Shown: positions 37,072 to 50,670, counted from the first letter of the stretch. The stretch: DNA of 64,000 nucleotides from Podarcis vaucheri (GCA_965113315.1 OZ220371.1); one strand, 5' to 3'. Notes: generated by a model not told the origin, from the sequence alone. Made by a program: numbers and translations.

Positions 37072-38565
37072 GTGAACTTATATATAATTTCATTTTTAAT
37101 ACTTGCCTTCCTTTTGCCTTCCTTCTTCTGTCATCCTTTTCGTTTATTCACTTCAGGATGCTCTGGTGCATTGATGCCATTCATTGCTTAGTATAGGAGA
37201 AAGATTTCTGCCTGTCTGTTGAATATGTTAACAGCCTACATTTTGAAGAGTACAAAGGAAATACATTGTCTCCCCGCAGGAAACCTCCAAAATCTTGTCA
37301 TATGCAGTCCTTTTCTCCCACACTCCCAGCCTCACAAAAATATTGTAAGCAATTATTAATTGGATACCGAAAGTAACTGGAGAAATTTAAAAGCAGTCCT
37401 TAGGCTTGCAATATTTTTACATGAACAAAATTCAGTCTACAATTAGAATTGTGCATTACAAATCGTTAGCTCTATTTCAGATTTTCTTCAATAAATTCAG
37501 ATTCATAGTGTGTTGTAACTGTATTGCAGATGCCTGGAGCCATCAAGTCTTGAGTTGAAATCCTTCATGTAATTAAAAATGCATACATCATTTGAAGTTT
37601 AAGGAACATTATCATGCATAACTAAATGCAGATAAATATAGGCAGTACCCTTTATCCAGAGAAAATCTGTCCTTACTTTCTCAAAGAACATTTTGAATTC
37701 TATTCAGTAGCCTTCATGCAAGGAGAAACATGTCCACTAACTATAAGTAGGCGTTTGATTGGTCTCTTAGTTTTTTGCTGTCCCTCTAAAATGCAGCACA
37801 ACTATTTTGCTGCGTTATTATTATTTGCAAACTTGATAAAAATGCTGAAGCAACCTGATCAAGCTGTTTTGTATCTAATATTCCTCACTGTGACTAACTG
37901 TCTGCTGCTATCTCCTGGTTTTCCTGCATCAAATGGTAATCACAATTTCAAGACCTCCTGTGTGAGGCTGTGGTGGATGTAGTCTATTGAGGGCTGTTGT
38001 TCCCAGCTGGGTGATGAGAAGCATGTCTGCCTGCCTGTTTAACCAACTAATTCAAATGTGCCAGCATATCGGAATGCTTTGTGTGTAGCATGCTGTCTCT
38101 TTTGCCTGTTTTCATTAGTAAAAAGACTACAACCATAGTTTCATTTGCTCTGGTGTGACTATAGGACTCCCAGCCTACTGGGGCTGGTAGGACAGAAGGC
38201 AGTTGCTAGAGGCGATGGCAGCCAGATCCAACAAATTCTAGTTTTCTCCCCATCCTCCCCCCTGTTAAGTTCTACAAAGGCAATGCTGAAACTAAGGAGG
38301 AGAAAGCTAACCGCCAGGATCATCCTCTGGGCTGGTAGTATGTAAGAAGGAAGAATGAGAAGTGGGCTAAAAGCAGTGTCTAGCCTCTTCTGACCCCTAG
38401 CTGGATGCTATGCAAACATCAACATCCAATTCATAATTATCCATAGATGCCGCAACCTTCCCGTTGCCTACTATGAGTACAGCTCTGCAAGTTTTTTGCT
38501 ACCATATCTCCATGTACAGTCTTTCTGTTATGTCATGGGAGCAGAAGGGGCCAACTGGATAAGCC

Positions 38566-38567
38566 GT

Positions 38568-38632
<65 letters not shown>
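38566..38632 (+). repeat. Compound (GT)n(GA)n microsatellite
   Basis: Directly visible. Confidence 0.95.
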
Positions 38633-38635
<3 letters not shown>

Positions 38636-40969
38636 TGTACTATCATATTTGATATAGCTTCTTTTCTTGTAGGAGCAGAGGTTTACAGATGAAAGCAAGT
38701 TCTGTGCATTTGAAATTAAACCTCCCTGAAAAAGTTGTGCATGACCCTTCCTGCTGTTTATATCATTTTTAGATGTAGGGTTGAGTTGTTGAAAATAATT
38801 ATTTATCCTTCTATCCAAAAGTGATATTCCATGCCTTTATGAAAATTGGTTGCATATAATAAATTATTATGAATTATATTTATATTAGTGCATATAAAGT
38901 GTGACCTTGTAGAAATTATTCTGAAATGTTTAGGGATCACTCCAAAGTGAATGTTTAGGGAGAACCAGAGAACCAGAATGTCTGCAGTTTTCATTGCATC
39001 ATCTGGCCTATGACACATACCCCAGAATAATGTTTTACTCTTAGAAAGAATAATATATTTACATATTAAATTATTATGAAAACAAGTACATCAATTATAC
39101 CTTTGAATTAAGAAAGGAAAAATCAATCCATAAGTGCTGGTAGGAGGGAAACTGAAACTCAAGATTCAACGCTATCTAACTGAAACAGCTCAGAGAGAAT
39201 GTGTGTAAATAGCATCCCGAATTATGTCATTATCCTGTTAAAACCAAGAAGCTCCATCTCTAAAGAAACAGCACATTTGCACATTTAGACCAGAGGCATA
39301 CAAACAATTTGGCAGAATCACCACACTGAATTGCACTCTCTGTAGGAAGTAGAGTTGCCAACTTTGTGTGTGTGTGTGTTTTTAAGAGATGTACACAAAA
39401 AATGAAAATTCGGAAGGTGAAATAATCTCTGTCGCTGTAGCTGGAAGTTCCATAATGTCTCATTTCCTTTTCATGAGGATGTTGAGGGGCAAGAACCCTG
39501 CTGGGAAAAAGTATTGACAGCCTTAGAGAGGTGAAATAGGGAAGGTGTAGGGCGCATGGCATGCTTCAGGATGGCAAATCGTGTCTCCTAATTATCACCC
39601 ATTAGCTTGGAGGGTTGTTATAACTGCATGTAGATCTCACTGGGGAAAGGTTCTGATTGTGAAGAGTGATGTATTGTATTTCATAAACATTTGTATAAGG
39701 TATTAAAGGATGCAATTTTGCTTCAAGGGACTGAGGATGGGAGAAAGCAGGAAAGAAGGGGAAGCAACATTAGAGAAAACTGGAAGGGAAAATAGTGTTG
39801 GCATTTTCTCTCCAATTTTAGCCCATTTTATGGTCACATTTCCTTAACCATTTGGTGGGGATCTTGCCAGCTGTTAAAGAATACCAGCAATTTGCCTGCT
39901 TTCATTCATAGTTTTTAAGAAAACAAATCAAGGTCTTATAGGTCTTATGCACCCTCTGGCCCCATTTTGCCTGCCAGGGGTTCAAATATAGCCTGCAAGG
40001 CCATTTCCCCTGAATCGTGCCACCAGCCCACATCTGGCATCATATGCAACTTCAATGTGGGACAGGTAGAGACACCGCTGCCAATGCACAACTTAAAGTG
40101 TGGACCTGATTGTGCATTGGCAAGGCAGGCTCCAGCTCTGCCCTCCATCAGCTGATGTGCAGTAAAACCAAAGCCTGCCAGATAGGGTGTGTGAGTCAGC
40201 TCCCTGCAGGGAACTTTCTCACATGGCCAACTCCAGTAGAAAGCTGGCCTTGCCTCTACCACCTATTAGCTGAAAACATCAGACTCTAAAGTGAAAACAT
40301 CAGACTCTTCGCAAGCTCTGCATGTTGGTTTGAAGTCCCACAGTTTAGGGACTTCAGAGTTCTCAATCAGCTGGCATGGCATCACTGAGATGTCAAATGG
40401 ACCCTGCCTACTGTCAGATTTGGCCCACAAGGCTAGGTTCAGATAAGGATCTGGCCTGCTGTCCTAGAATCTTTACTCATTTCAATCACCAGATACAAAA
40501 TGTACAAAAATTGAAATGGACTTCTTATTTACAGTATCTGTTATGTATCCAAATACTATTTGTATTCAGTGTTATTCCTAATCTTATTTTACTATGTTTC
40601 TGATGGACATATACAAACCAGCACAGCCAACCATGACTGCAATTTTGTGGGCAGTTGCATAACGCAACCCGTTGAAATGAGATATTTACAGGCTGAGGAA
40701 TACACATCATGTCTCTCTGCATTTCTCTTAACTGTCATGAGTTTACATATATGTTATCTTCTTAGGTCTGATTACTATTTATATTATTACTGAAAAGAGA
40801 TACAGTAATAGTCACACCTACTTCATTGCAATTAATATCTAAAGCTGTGGATATAGGGTAGCACACAGCACATAATTTTAGTTGACACAGGCCAGTAAGA
40901 ATGGACATTTAGTAACGAACATTATGATTGACTTCCAAATCAGATTGCATTATTTCTCCCAATTTTCAG

Positions 40970-41194
40970 TTTCCTCGTCAGTTTTATGGTGGATGCTCGA
41001 GGTGGTGCTATGCGGGGTTGCAGACACAATGGACTTCGAATAATTATTCCACCCCGGAAGTGCACTGCTCCAACACGAGTTACCTGCCGGTTGGTCAAAC
41101 GTCATAGACTGGCCACAATGCCTCCAATGGTGGAAGGAGAAGGTCTGGCTAGCCGTTTAATTGAAGTTGGGCCTTCTGGTGCTCAGTTTCTTGG
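40970..41194 (+). CDS. ANK2: ANK2 exon, 225 nt, ZU5A spectrin-binding domain ([21 protein letters not shown]...GAQFLG)
   Basis: tttcag|TTTCCT ... TCTTGG|gtaaga; contains the DAR spectrin-binding motif. Confidence 0.97.
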
Positions 41195-42824
41195 GTAAGA
41201 ATTTTTTTTAATTATCCAAGATAATTTTAAAAAACATGACAAAGATGGTTTCGTTTTGTGATCTACTCTGGGGTGGCTCAGCACTTCAGTGCTCAAAGTG
41301 AAAATGTTGTATCTGATTTATTTTATGCTGATGGGCTCTGCAGTGAAAAGCGCAACACTGTTAGGCCAGCAATAATTCAATTAGCTTGTTTTGTTTTTTC
41401 CCCTTATTTAAAGCACCAGTAGCTACAACTCAAGGTTTAGTGTGCTTCCTGGAATAAGTCTGTTTAATCCATGCTGGGCTTTTAAAGCACAAATCGTTTT
41501 TGTGATTGCAGTCAATTAATTACATATTCGCTTTTAAGGGTAAAATGAAAATAGCACAAATGTTGCAAATGTAAATATAACATCTATTGAAAGATGCAAG
41601 AAAAGCTAAAGCTGCTTTCAAGGGGGACTTGTGTTCTCTCAGTGGATATTTTCTCAGTAATTGGGACTGCCTGGGAAGCACAAACCTATGATTTTTCTGG
41701 GGCTGCATTTTATTCCTTCTACTGCAGTACCCCACAGAAAGATCAGATGTGCTGCACTTGTTTTAGCAATTTTCTGCTGAAACCAGCAGTTTTCAACACT
41801 TTTATTTTATCAGCAATTTCCCTTACCAATGGTGGCATCCAAAAATGGATGATCAAAGGAAACCCCCTCTGCTTAGAGCGAATGGCTTCAGCTGAAAATG
41901 GATAAAAGGATGAAGATGTCAAAGGAACAGCGTAAATCCAGCGTGAAGCAAATTTAAGGCCCTGTAGTCCCTAGACTTTCAGCCAGTTATCTTAACTAAC
42001 ATTTAGTTCTGGAGAATGGGGTTTGAGGAAAGAATGGGATGTATCTCTAGAATGCAGCATAGGAGGAAAAACCATCAACCATTTAACTCATTATTTTGTT
42101 GTTGCTGTGTTTCAATAGAGGAACTAGAAGATTCCTAAGCCTGAAAAGATGGGTAGATGCACATCTGTGATAAAAGGGTTGCTTTTAGGGTTTACAAAAG
42201 CGCCCTTCAATACTAGAAAATTATTTAAAGAAAAGCATCAAACCCAAACTAAGGAAAGCCTTTGCTGTCACATTTTGTATTTTCAGTTCTTCTCTTCCTC
42301 TATCTACCTGTTTCTCCTCCTTCCAATACACTCACAGTAAACTCAACAACTTTTGGTTTCCCCCCCCACCCTTTCAGCCTAGTGGGGAATGTCTATGGAA
42401 ACTCACATGTACTAAGAGTTTACATACCATTTCTCAAGGGCATGTCTTACACCGCTGGCACTTTCCTGAGTGGCGTCCTGGCAGTGAAATCAAAGTCACT
42501 GAACACTTCCTGCCAAGCCAAGCCTTACATTAATTCATTTGCTCATAAGTCCTGAAGACTGGATCTTGCTCCCATTAATATTAGAAGCAAGGCTAGCATA
42601 CCACTGAACCTACTGAGGACAAGATAAGGTTGCAAAATTCTGGGGAGCTCTTTTTATGAATTATCAGGATCAGTGGGGCATACCTAAACAAATCAAGGCA
42701 GAAACCTGTTCAGTGTACAGCCTAATTCCACTCTTGAGCAGACAGTGCACTGGGGTTCTGGAAAACAAAATACATAAAAGCTTATTTATTTTCTTTCTTT
42801 CACTGCTGCTTTGGATGTACTCAG

Positions 42825-42923
42825 TAAACTTCACCTGCCTACGGCTCCTCCCCCACTTAATGAGGGAGAAAGTTTGGTCAGCCGAATCCTTCAGCTGGGG
42901 CCTCCAGGGACCAAATTTCTTGG
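42825..42923 (+). CDS. ANK2: ANK2 alternative exon, 99 nt, ZU5A insert (KLHLPTAPPPLNEGESLVSRILQLGPPGTKFLG)
   Basis: actcag|TAAACT ... TCTTGG|gtagga; phase 2/2. Confidence 0.93.
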
Positions 42924-44048
42924 GTAGGAGAGACTTAAAACAAATTGATGGATGCTGGCCTTCCCATTCTTCTCCTTCTGCAATATTATTTTTATGTCAT
43001 TGTGCCCATGACATTGTCCCTTTCTATGATTTTAAATTCTGTATTTACCTAACCTTTAGTGGACCATTTTCCAGCCCTTGTGGTATGTGGTTTTTGTTTT
43101 GGTGATATGTTTGTACCTTTTCTTAAAGTTCCTTGAACTCCACTTATGATTTAGCATGAGAACTTCCTAGCTGTGAAATGTAACAGTTGTTATAGCTGTT
43201 GTGTGCTTGACGTCTGTCGCAAAGCAACCTGGACTGGAACTGTAGGAATCTACTGTACAATATTTTGCCTCTATTGTCACCAACACAACGGTGATATGTT
43301 ATATATTGGATATAACATAGAACTTAGCATGATATATACAAGATGGCCTATGTAATTCAGTTATTATTGTGAGACTATTGATACACAAATGTATTTATAG
43401 TTTTTGCAAAAATGGGAAACACAAGTTATGATGAAACATATATGCAATATGGACACAATGAGCAGAAATTTGATTTTGCGCTTGTAGATTAATATAGAAT
43501 AATCATTTGGGCATTTTCACTATAAATTAGGAGTCTGGAAAATGTCAACTGAAACAAAGAGCCAATATAAAATCAATGCAGACTGATGACAGATGTGGCC
43601 TGTTTCTTAAATAGATTTGTATTCTCCTATAAATCATATTTTTTCTTTAATGTGTCCATATATGTATATACATAGATAACAGTAGATTCTGCATGATAAA
43701 TGTGATTGCACAGGATTCCACACATCAAAACAAGTTTCAAATGTGTGGGCTTTATTCATTCCAGATTATAATTCTACAGCCACAATGCCAGCCCCTGCTG
43801 CTTTGGCAAGTACCATAGATGCTGTGTGATTTTTATTTATAAAAAAAAGTGGGAGTACACTGCTCACTGGTCCTAACAACAAGCTATATAATGCCAAAGT
43901 GGTTCTAGTATGCTTTTTTCAGGATCGTATCCAGGAATGGCAAAGAAGCCGGCCGTATTCCAGGTCACTTTGTAACAGACTGAGAAAACTTGTATTGATT
44001 TGCTGCCCATTTGGCACAGTCCTTTAACGTGCTGTGTTGCTGTAATAG

Positions 44049-44203
44049 GCCTGTGATTGTCGAGATTCCTCACTTTGCGGCTTTACGTGGTAAAGAAAGG
44101 GAGCTGGTGATCCTGCGCAGTGAGAATGGAGACAACTGGAAGGAGCATTTCTGTGAATTTACAGAGGATGAGCTGAATGAAATCCTAAACGGGATGGATG
44201 AAG
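44049..44203 (+). CDS. ANK2: ANK2 exon, 155 nt, ZU5A ([18 protein letters not shown]...NGMDE)
   Basis: taatag|GCCTGT ... ATGAAG|gtacac. Confidence 0.96.
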
Positions 44204-45071
44204 GTACACAGTGTGCTAAGAAAGGAGAAAAGTCTGAAAGCCACAGAAAGGAAATGATAATGAACTTAAAAAATAAATAAAAACATTATTCTGCAACCAC
44301 AAATAGATTACTGCATGCATTTGCTATGCATATTTGCTATGCATATTTGCTATCTGTGTGGCTAACTCTCCACCGAGCTGACATGTACAATGCCATGTGG
44401 CCAATGAATATTTGTGTGCAAGACCATTCGGTCTGTTAACCTGGCATATGATGGAACAAGTAGAAAAGACAAATAGAACATCAAAACTTGTGGTGTTTGC
44501 CTTCTTTCTGTAAGTCAGAACAGTTTAAAATGACTCATGGGTAAGACAAACACATTTACCAGCAGCTTTGTGAATTCTCACTAATATTTCCCCATTTTTG
44601 CGAATTTGTGGTCAAATCTCCCTGCACTAAGTGAAAGATCTACTGGGGTATCCAAGTGACATGAAGTTTTTGATGATACAGATTTGTTATTCTGGACAAA
44701 ACTGCAAAAATCTGAAGAAACCCTTTAATAGCAATCCTAACACATTGTGTGGTCTTCTGCCAACCACATTTACATTCAATAGTAAGGCCATAGTGGCAAA
44801 TAAGGAAGATGAACATAGTCTGAATGTAGAGTTCACAAATCTTTCTGTAGTCATAGAGACATCTAAACTCTAGAAAATTAGTGAAGTAGGTGTTGGGTTG
44901 GGTTGAAAACTGGCCATTAGGAGTAGCATGAAGTAACTTTAGAATTTTATAGCTTTGAGGGTTTACTTTGGCTGGTCAATGCACGATCTGAAAAGTCATT
45001 GACCATTATATATATATATATGTTTATTGTAGAAAATAATTATGGTTTAACTATGATCTCTTTTTACATAG

Positions 45072-45283
45072 TCCTTGACACACCAGAAGAGCTGGAGAAG
45101 AAACGCATTTGTCGTATCATCACTCGGGACTTCCCACAGTACTTTGCAGTGGTGTCCCGAGTCAAACAAGACAGTAACCTCATTGGACCCGAGGGTGGTG
45201 TGCTAAGCAGTACAGTAGTACCTCAAGTGCAGGCTGTCTTTCCAGAGGGAGCACTAACCAAGCGAATTCGTGTTGGTTTGCAG
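45072..45283 (+). CDS. ANK2: ANK2 exon, 212 nt, ZU5A/ZU5B ([30 protein letters not shown]...RVGLQ)
   Basis: acatag|TCCTTG ... TTGCAG|gtaaga. Confidence 0.96.
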
Positions 45284-47049
45284 GTAAGAGAAATGAGGAC
45301 AAGGCTTTACATTATCTAACTGGCAGCATTTCTGTTGATGAAAGTTTCTTCATTCTCATTCCATTTTTAATTATTTCTCTGGGTTCTCTTTCCTGTATGT
45401 CACTCCCCCTGAATTCCAGTAGCTAGAAGAATTAATAAAACCTTTTTTTGAACTTATGGTTCCTTCCTACAGTTAATCAGAACAGACATGCACATTGGTA
45501 AAACTTTACAAAACAAACAAACAAAAAACCACATTGATGCAATCACACATATGATTGCGTTTAGATTCTTTTTGCAGATGTGCACACTGACTGGTATCCA
45601 TTTGGCAGTGTTTTACTATGCTTGCACACTATTCTGTACAAAATTTGGAAATAAAAAAGCAACATCAATGGAGAATTACTAAAGCATTGGCTCCCATTTG
45701 AGAAGTCACAGTAGGTAATTCAGAATTTCAGAAACAACCCTCATTTCTCTGGAGGCCGCTGGTTATCTTTGCACAAACGATTCCTGCCTTTATAAACCAC
45801 GATATGCATGTACTCAGTGAATCTGCAACAGTTCCTTTGCACCTACCTTCACTTGAGCAGGGAAACCAGCCCAGAAGCCACTGTTAACAATTGCTTCTTG
45901 TTATGACATAGCTGAGGTACTGCTTAATGGCTTCCAAATAAACTAGGAAATGGAGCCATGTTTAAAGTTAGCTTTTGAATGCTGGTTTATTTGGAAGCTG
46001 CTAAGCATAGTTCTTGCTTTACACATAACAAGAAGCAATGGTTAACTGACGTTTCCAGCTATGTATTCCCACTTATGCTAAAGGAGAAGAGAAGTAGGAG
46101 TGAAGGAATGAGCTGGGAGCATGGAGCTGGCTGGAATGGTATCTATTTTATTCAGAGAAAATAATAACAGAAGCTACTGAACAGTTTCATTGCAAATATT
46201 GCTTTATCTAAAAGACTGCCACAGTAAATTAAAGATATTTTGAGTTTAAAGCAGATGAATAAAAGTTGTGAGTTCACTAACTATGACTCTGTCAGTCTAC
46301 ATTTAGCAAGTAATTTAACTTCCATTTCCTCCAATTAACCTCTTTTCACAACTGTGATTAGAGTTCCATATTTCTGGTCTAATTTACAAATAAATTGGAA
46401 GTGGTAGGCTTTGTGAACTTGCATTGAATGCTTTGAGGTTATGATGAAAGGACTGATTAGTTAAATGTTCATAAAGCACTTTATGATTCCCAGACGAATT
46501 ATGTAAAAATATAAAGCTGTGTCCAATTTGTCACTCATCTGCTTGCTAGAGAATGGTGACCTCGTCCCATCTTTGAATGGGCTTGAAGATTCATCAGAGA
46601 ATTCGCAGAAGGAGCTTGGGTTTCCCCAGGACCTCTGTGGCAACCTCTCTAAGGACATAGAAGGCTTGGTAATCTATGATTCCCAGGGATATTTGCACTG
46701 GGAGCAGCCTTTAGCACTAATAGCAATTGTCTGTTCTGGTTGGAGTTGAAGTCCCTCTGAAGGAACAGGTGTGCAAGGTACATCTTGAGCCATCTCTATC
46801 ACTGGAGGTCCAAAATCTCTTCAAAAAGTCTTCACTCAAATCCATAGTTCCAACAGACAGCCTTCCGCAATTCTTGCAGTCTCCTACCACAACCCACACA
46901 GCAGGCTGTAGCCCTTTTATACACAAAGATACTTGTCAAATCTGTCCAGTAATACAGATAAGAGAATCTCAAGATGCCTGCAGGTACATTGAGTCATGTC
47001 TGCTGGCTCATAGAGTATTAACCCATTAATTGCATTCCTTAACAAGGCC

Positions 47050-47600
47050 GTAATAGCCTTACCAAAGTGGTCCGTGCATTGATAACCTCAAGACTTGATT
47101 ACTGTAACATGCTCTATGTGGGGCTATCCCTGTAGTTGGTCTGAAAACTGAAGCTAGTACAGAATGCAGGAGCAGGCTACTGGCAGCATGCTTGCGAATT
47201 TGCCATCAGGTGAGGCTCAAGGTCCCTAGTGCTAATTCACAAAGCCTTAAGCAACTTGGATTGCAAGTACATTAAGGACCATAATACACCATATCAATCA
47301 CTGAAATCCTTTGATGCATTGTGTTTCCCCATGCCCCTGAGGTTTGGTTGGCCTTTGAAGGGACTGAGTATGGCAGGCTGTGGAAATCCCTGCCAGTAGG
47401 GGTCCCGTGGAGCTCCCAGGCTGAAGAATCATCCCTGTCTTTACTAAAAATTATGTTATTTAGATAGCCCTTTGAAATCATTGGCCAGTATTTATGGATG
47501 CTTTTATTAATCGTTTCATTGTTGTAATTCTTGTATGATGCACACTGACATGTACTTTTATGAAAGTGTGGTTTGTAAATATTTAAATGAATAAATAAAT
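47050..47600 (+). mobile_element. Degenerate L2 LINE 3' fragment
   Basis: TCAAGACTTGATTACTGTAACATGCTCTATGTGGGGCTA (SRLDYCNMLYVGL), GTACAGAATGCAG, and an AATAAATAAA tail near 47600. Confidence 0.75.
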
Positions 47601-47941
47601 CAGGGATAGAAGACAGGAGTAAGCTGAAAATAGAATTGTAATTAATTGAGGGACGTGGAATGTGCAATGGGTAATCAGATTTATAGAGCTTTAAATATAT
47701 AGTCAAATTCATAGAAGACATTGCCCAATGGCAATGAATGATGATGAATATATGCTACTGCCAGAAACAAAGACAGCAGACCGGTCACTTGTGAGCAAAA
47801 GTGAAAGATTGTTGTGTTTATGTCCTGATTGTGGACCTACCAAGGGCATCTGGTTGGCCACGGTGGAGAAGAAGAGGATGTTGTTATGATTGTTCAGATA
47901 CCAATAATTAAGACTTTTGTTTTGTGCATGTCTTTGGTTAG

Positions 47942-48146
47942 GCTCAACCTATGCACAATGAGCTTGTAAAGAAGATTTTAGGCAACAAAGCCACATTCAG
48001 CCCTATTGTCACATTGGAACCCAGGAGAAGAAAATTCCATAAGCCAATAACAATGACTATTCCTGTTCCTAAAGCCTCTAGTGATCTGATGATTAATGGA
48101 TATGGGGGTGATGCACCCACTCTAAGACTACTATGCAGCATAACAG
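47942..48146 (+). CDS. ANK2: ANK2 exon, 205 nt, ZU5B ([35 protein letters not shown]...LLCSIT)
   Basis: ggttag|GCTCAA ... TAACAG|gtaagc. Confidence 0.96.
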
Positions 48147-48164
48147 GTAAGCTCATAAGAAGTA

Positions 48165-48314
48165 ACTTGAATAGTTCAGTCGGTAGAGCATAATTCTCTT
48201 AATCTCAAAGTTGTGGATTCAAGCCCCATGTTGGGTAAAAAAATCCCTGTATTGCAGCGAGTCGGGCTAGATGACCCTCATGGTCCCTTCCAACTCTACA
48301 GTTGTATGATTCTA
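48165..48314 (+). mobile_element. SINE with tRNA-Lys(CTT)-like head and CR1-derived tail
   Basis: TAGTTCAGTCGGTAGAGCAT..CTCTTAATCTCA..GTTGTGGATTCAAGCCCCATGTTGGG, then GGCTAGATGACCCTCATGGTCCCTTCCAACTCTACAGTTGTATGATTCTA. Confidence 0.75.
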
Positions 48315-48693
48315 AATGCACTGATGGGTCCATTAAGAAGGGTGGCATTGTATGTTGATGTCGTAGAGAAGCCATTGAAAGCTCTTGCTTAGCCTATATT
48401 TGCAAAGTGGAAATAATGACCTCCATAGTTTATAGTTGAAATAAGATTTTGCATTTTGGTACCAAAAGAATGTGGGTGTGAATTTATTTTACTTTAATAT
48501 CAAGTTATTAACCCTGAGCAACACCCCAGAACAGACCTTGGCTACAACTTGTAAAGTTAGAGCTTCACCACAAGCTCAGATTCAAGTGAAATGCTGTGCC
48601 AAATCTTGGAGTCACTCGGTGCAGGAGTAAGGACGACTCTGGAGATGCAAATTGGCTGTCAGCTCCTCTCCTGTTCTTGTGGTCTCACTAAGC

Positions 48694-48829
48694 CAGGCAT
48701 ACCCAAACTCGGCCCTCCAGATGTTTTGGGACTACAATTCCCACCATCCCTAGCTAACAGCACCAGTGGTCAGGGACGGTGGGAATTATAGTCCCAAAAC
48801 AGCTGGAGGGCCGAGTTTGGGGATGCCTG
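48694..48829. mobile_element. Palindromic hAT MITE, 136 bp, perfect 8-bp TSD
   Basis: CAGGCATACCCAAACTCGGCCCTCCAG ... CTGGAGGGCCGAGTTTGGGGATGCCTG; CACTAAGC at 48686-48693 and 48830-48837. Confidence 0.9.
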
Positions 48830-48928
48830 CACTAAGCCATACTTTGGCTTACTACGTCATGACAACCAGGCCATTGACTTCTTGTAGGATTGCTGAACAT
48901 TTTTTCTCTTTGTCCTCAATTGTTTCAG

Positions 48929-49025
48929 GTGGAACAACACCTGCTCAGTGGGAAGACATCACAGGAACAACACCATTAACTTTTGTCAATGAATGTGTTT
49001 CCTTCACCACAAACGTATCTGCCAG
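48929..49025 (+). CDS. ANK2: ANK2 exon, 97 nt, ZU5B ([33 protein letters not shown])
   Basis: tttcag|GTGGAA ... TGCCAG|gtacca. Confidence 0.96.
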
Positions 49026-49134
49026 GTACCACTGTCCAGAATAGTATATTTTCTTTAAACTGTATTTAAGTGTTTCGGCACTATATTTTCAGCTTGATTA
49101 CTTATTAATTGGACACAAGTACCCCACTAAAGTT

Positions 49135-49565
49135 TTATTTATCATTATTCACTTATTTGATTTATATACTTTATCAAAAGATCCCAGGGCAGTGTACAAC
49201 ATTAAGATCACATTTTATGGGGCATAATAGTAAAAACATAATGAAAAGCATAGTAATAGATAGCATAATAATAAAAGAATCATAAGTCGTCGTCCCCCAG
49301 CTTTAACAAGCCATAGATTAATGGCCAAAGGCATGGGTAAAGAGGTATATTTTTGCCTGGTGCCTAAAGATACGTAATGATGGCACCAGACAAGCCTCTC
49401 TGAGGAGAGCCTTTCCCAGACAGGGAGCTACCACAGAAAAGGCCCGTTCTTGTGTTGCCACCCTCTAAACCTCTTGGGGAGGAGAGACATAGCAAAGAGC
49501 CTCAGATAACAAGTGCAGGGTCTAGGTAGGTTTGTATGGAGACAGGAAGTCCTTAAGGTATTGTG
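49135..49565 (-). mobile_element. L2 LINE 3' fragment (antisense)
   Basis: GGCCAAAGGCATGGG...TTTGCCTGGTGCCTAAAG...GGAGCTACCACAGAAAAGGCCC parallels the 3' end of the 25.5-kb L2. Confidence 0.7.
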
Positions 49566-50085
49566 CTAATGTGCTAATTCTGGCATTGTAGTGTTTGCAA
49601 TGTGTAATCCATCCCCTGGCCTGACCCTAAAATAGAGTATGATTAATTCTGGAGTCTGAAGAGTCTAAAGTTGTTTTAGTATCTGTTCTGAAGCTGGTAG
49701 CCATGGTATCCTAATGTGGACAAAAGGAGAAACTGTGGTTAATTAGAGATTTCCTGGTTTGATCACCTGTGCACTGCAAAGGGGGTGAAGGGACTGTGTA
49801 CATATCCCAGTTCATATCCCAGCTGAAAATGACTGTTCCAATGCATTTTAGTAATCTGGGAATCAGTAGAGATCCATTTCAAATTACATTCAAGTTTGGG
49901 CCACACCCAATGCAGAATCTAGATGATTTTTCCCCATTAAGAATTTGTTTATTTCAAGCTAATGCACAAGTTATTTGAAATCAATACTAGTGTGATTTCT
50001 GGATGTATTTTCCAAATTCTGAACTTGTGTGTGTGTTATGTTAGACTTAACTATGCAACAGTTTTCCATGTTTGTTTATTTGCAG

Positions 50086-50314
50086 GTTTTGGTTGATAGA
50101 CTGTCGACAGATACAGGAATCTGTTACGTTTGCTTCCCAAGTATATAGAGAGATTATCTGTGTGCCCTACATGGCCAAATTTGTAGTGTTTGCCAAATCA
50201 CACGATCCTATAGAAGCCCGATTAAGATGTTTCTGCATGACGGATGATAAAGTGGATAAAACGCTAGAACAGCAAGAAAACTTTGCTGAAGTTGCCCGAA
50301 GCAGAGATGTAGAG
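50086..50314 (+). CDS. ANK2: ANK2 exon, 229 nt, ZU5B/UPA ([32 protein letters not shown]...SRDVE)
   Basis: ttgcag|GTTTTG ... GTAGAG|gtatgg. Confidence 0.96.
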
Positions 50315-50670
50315 GTATGGTATTAAACATGCAAAATGAATTCCTTCATTGACATTTTTGTACATGTACTTTTAAAACCATTGTCTTAATTTCCTTTTGT
50401 ATGTAGAAAGAAAAAGAAAATCTCTCACTCTCCAAGGATACCCATTGATTTCAATTGGTGTATTCTGTGTAGGATTAAAAATGGACATTACTGTATTTTC
50501 TTTATTTGCTTGCTTGCTTGCTTGCTTGTTTATTAGGAATATTTTATAGCCCACCCTTAATCTATACAGATACCAGGATGGGGTACGAAACATATACAGA
50601 TATTAAAATACCTAACAAAAATGTTAGAACACATGCAGATATTTCTTTTTATTGGGAAGAAAAGGAACTA

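Noticed and set aside
28750-44352. Short tandem duplications (17-mer near 28750, ~21-mer near 40271, 13-mer x3 near 44319)
   Set aside because: Ordinary slippage events in introns; not CRISPR-like (no spacers, eukaryotic context).
48165-48237. tRNA-Lys gene
   Set aside because: Stems are mutated and a CR1-type tail follows directly, so it is a SINE head.
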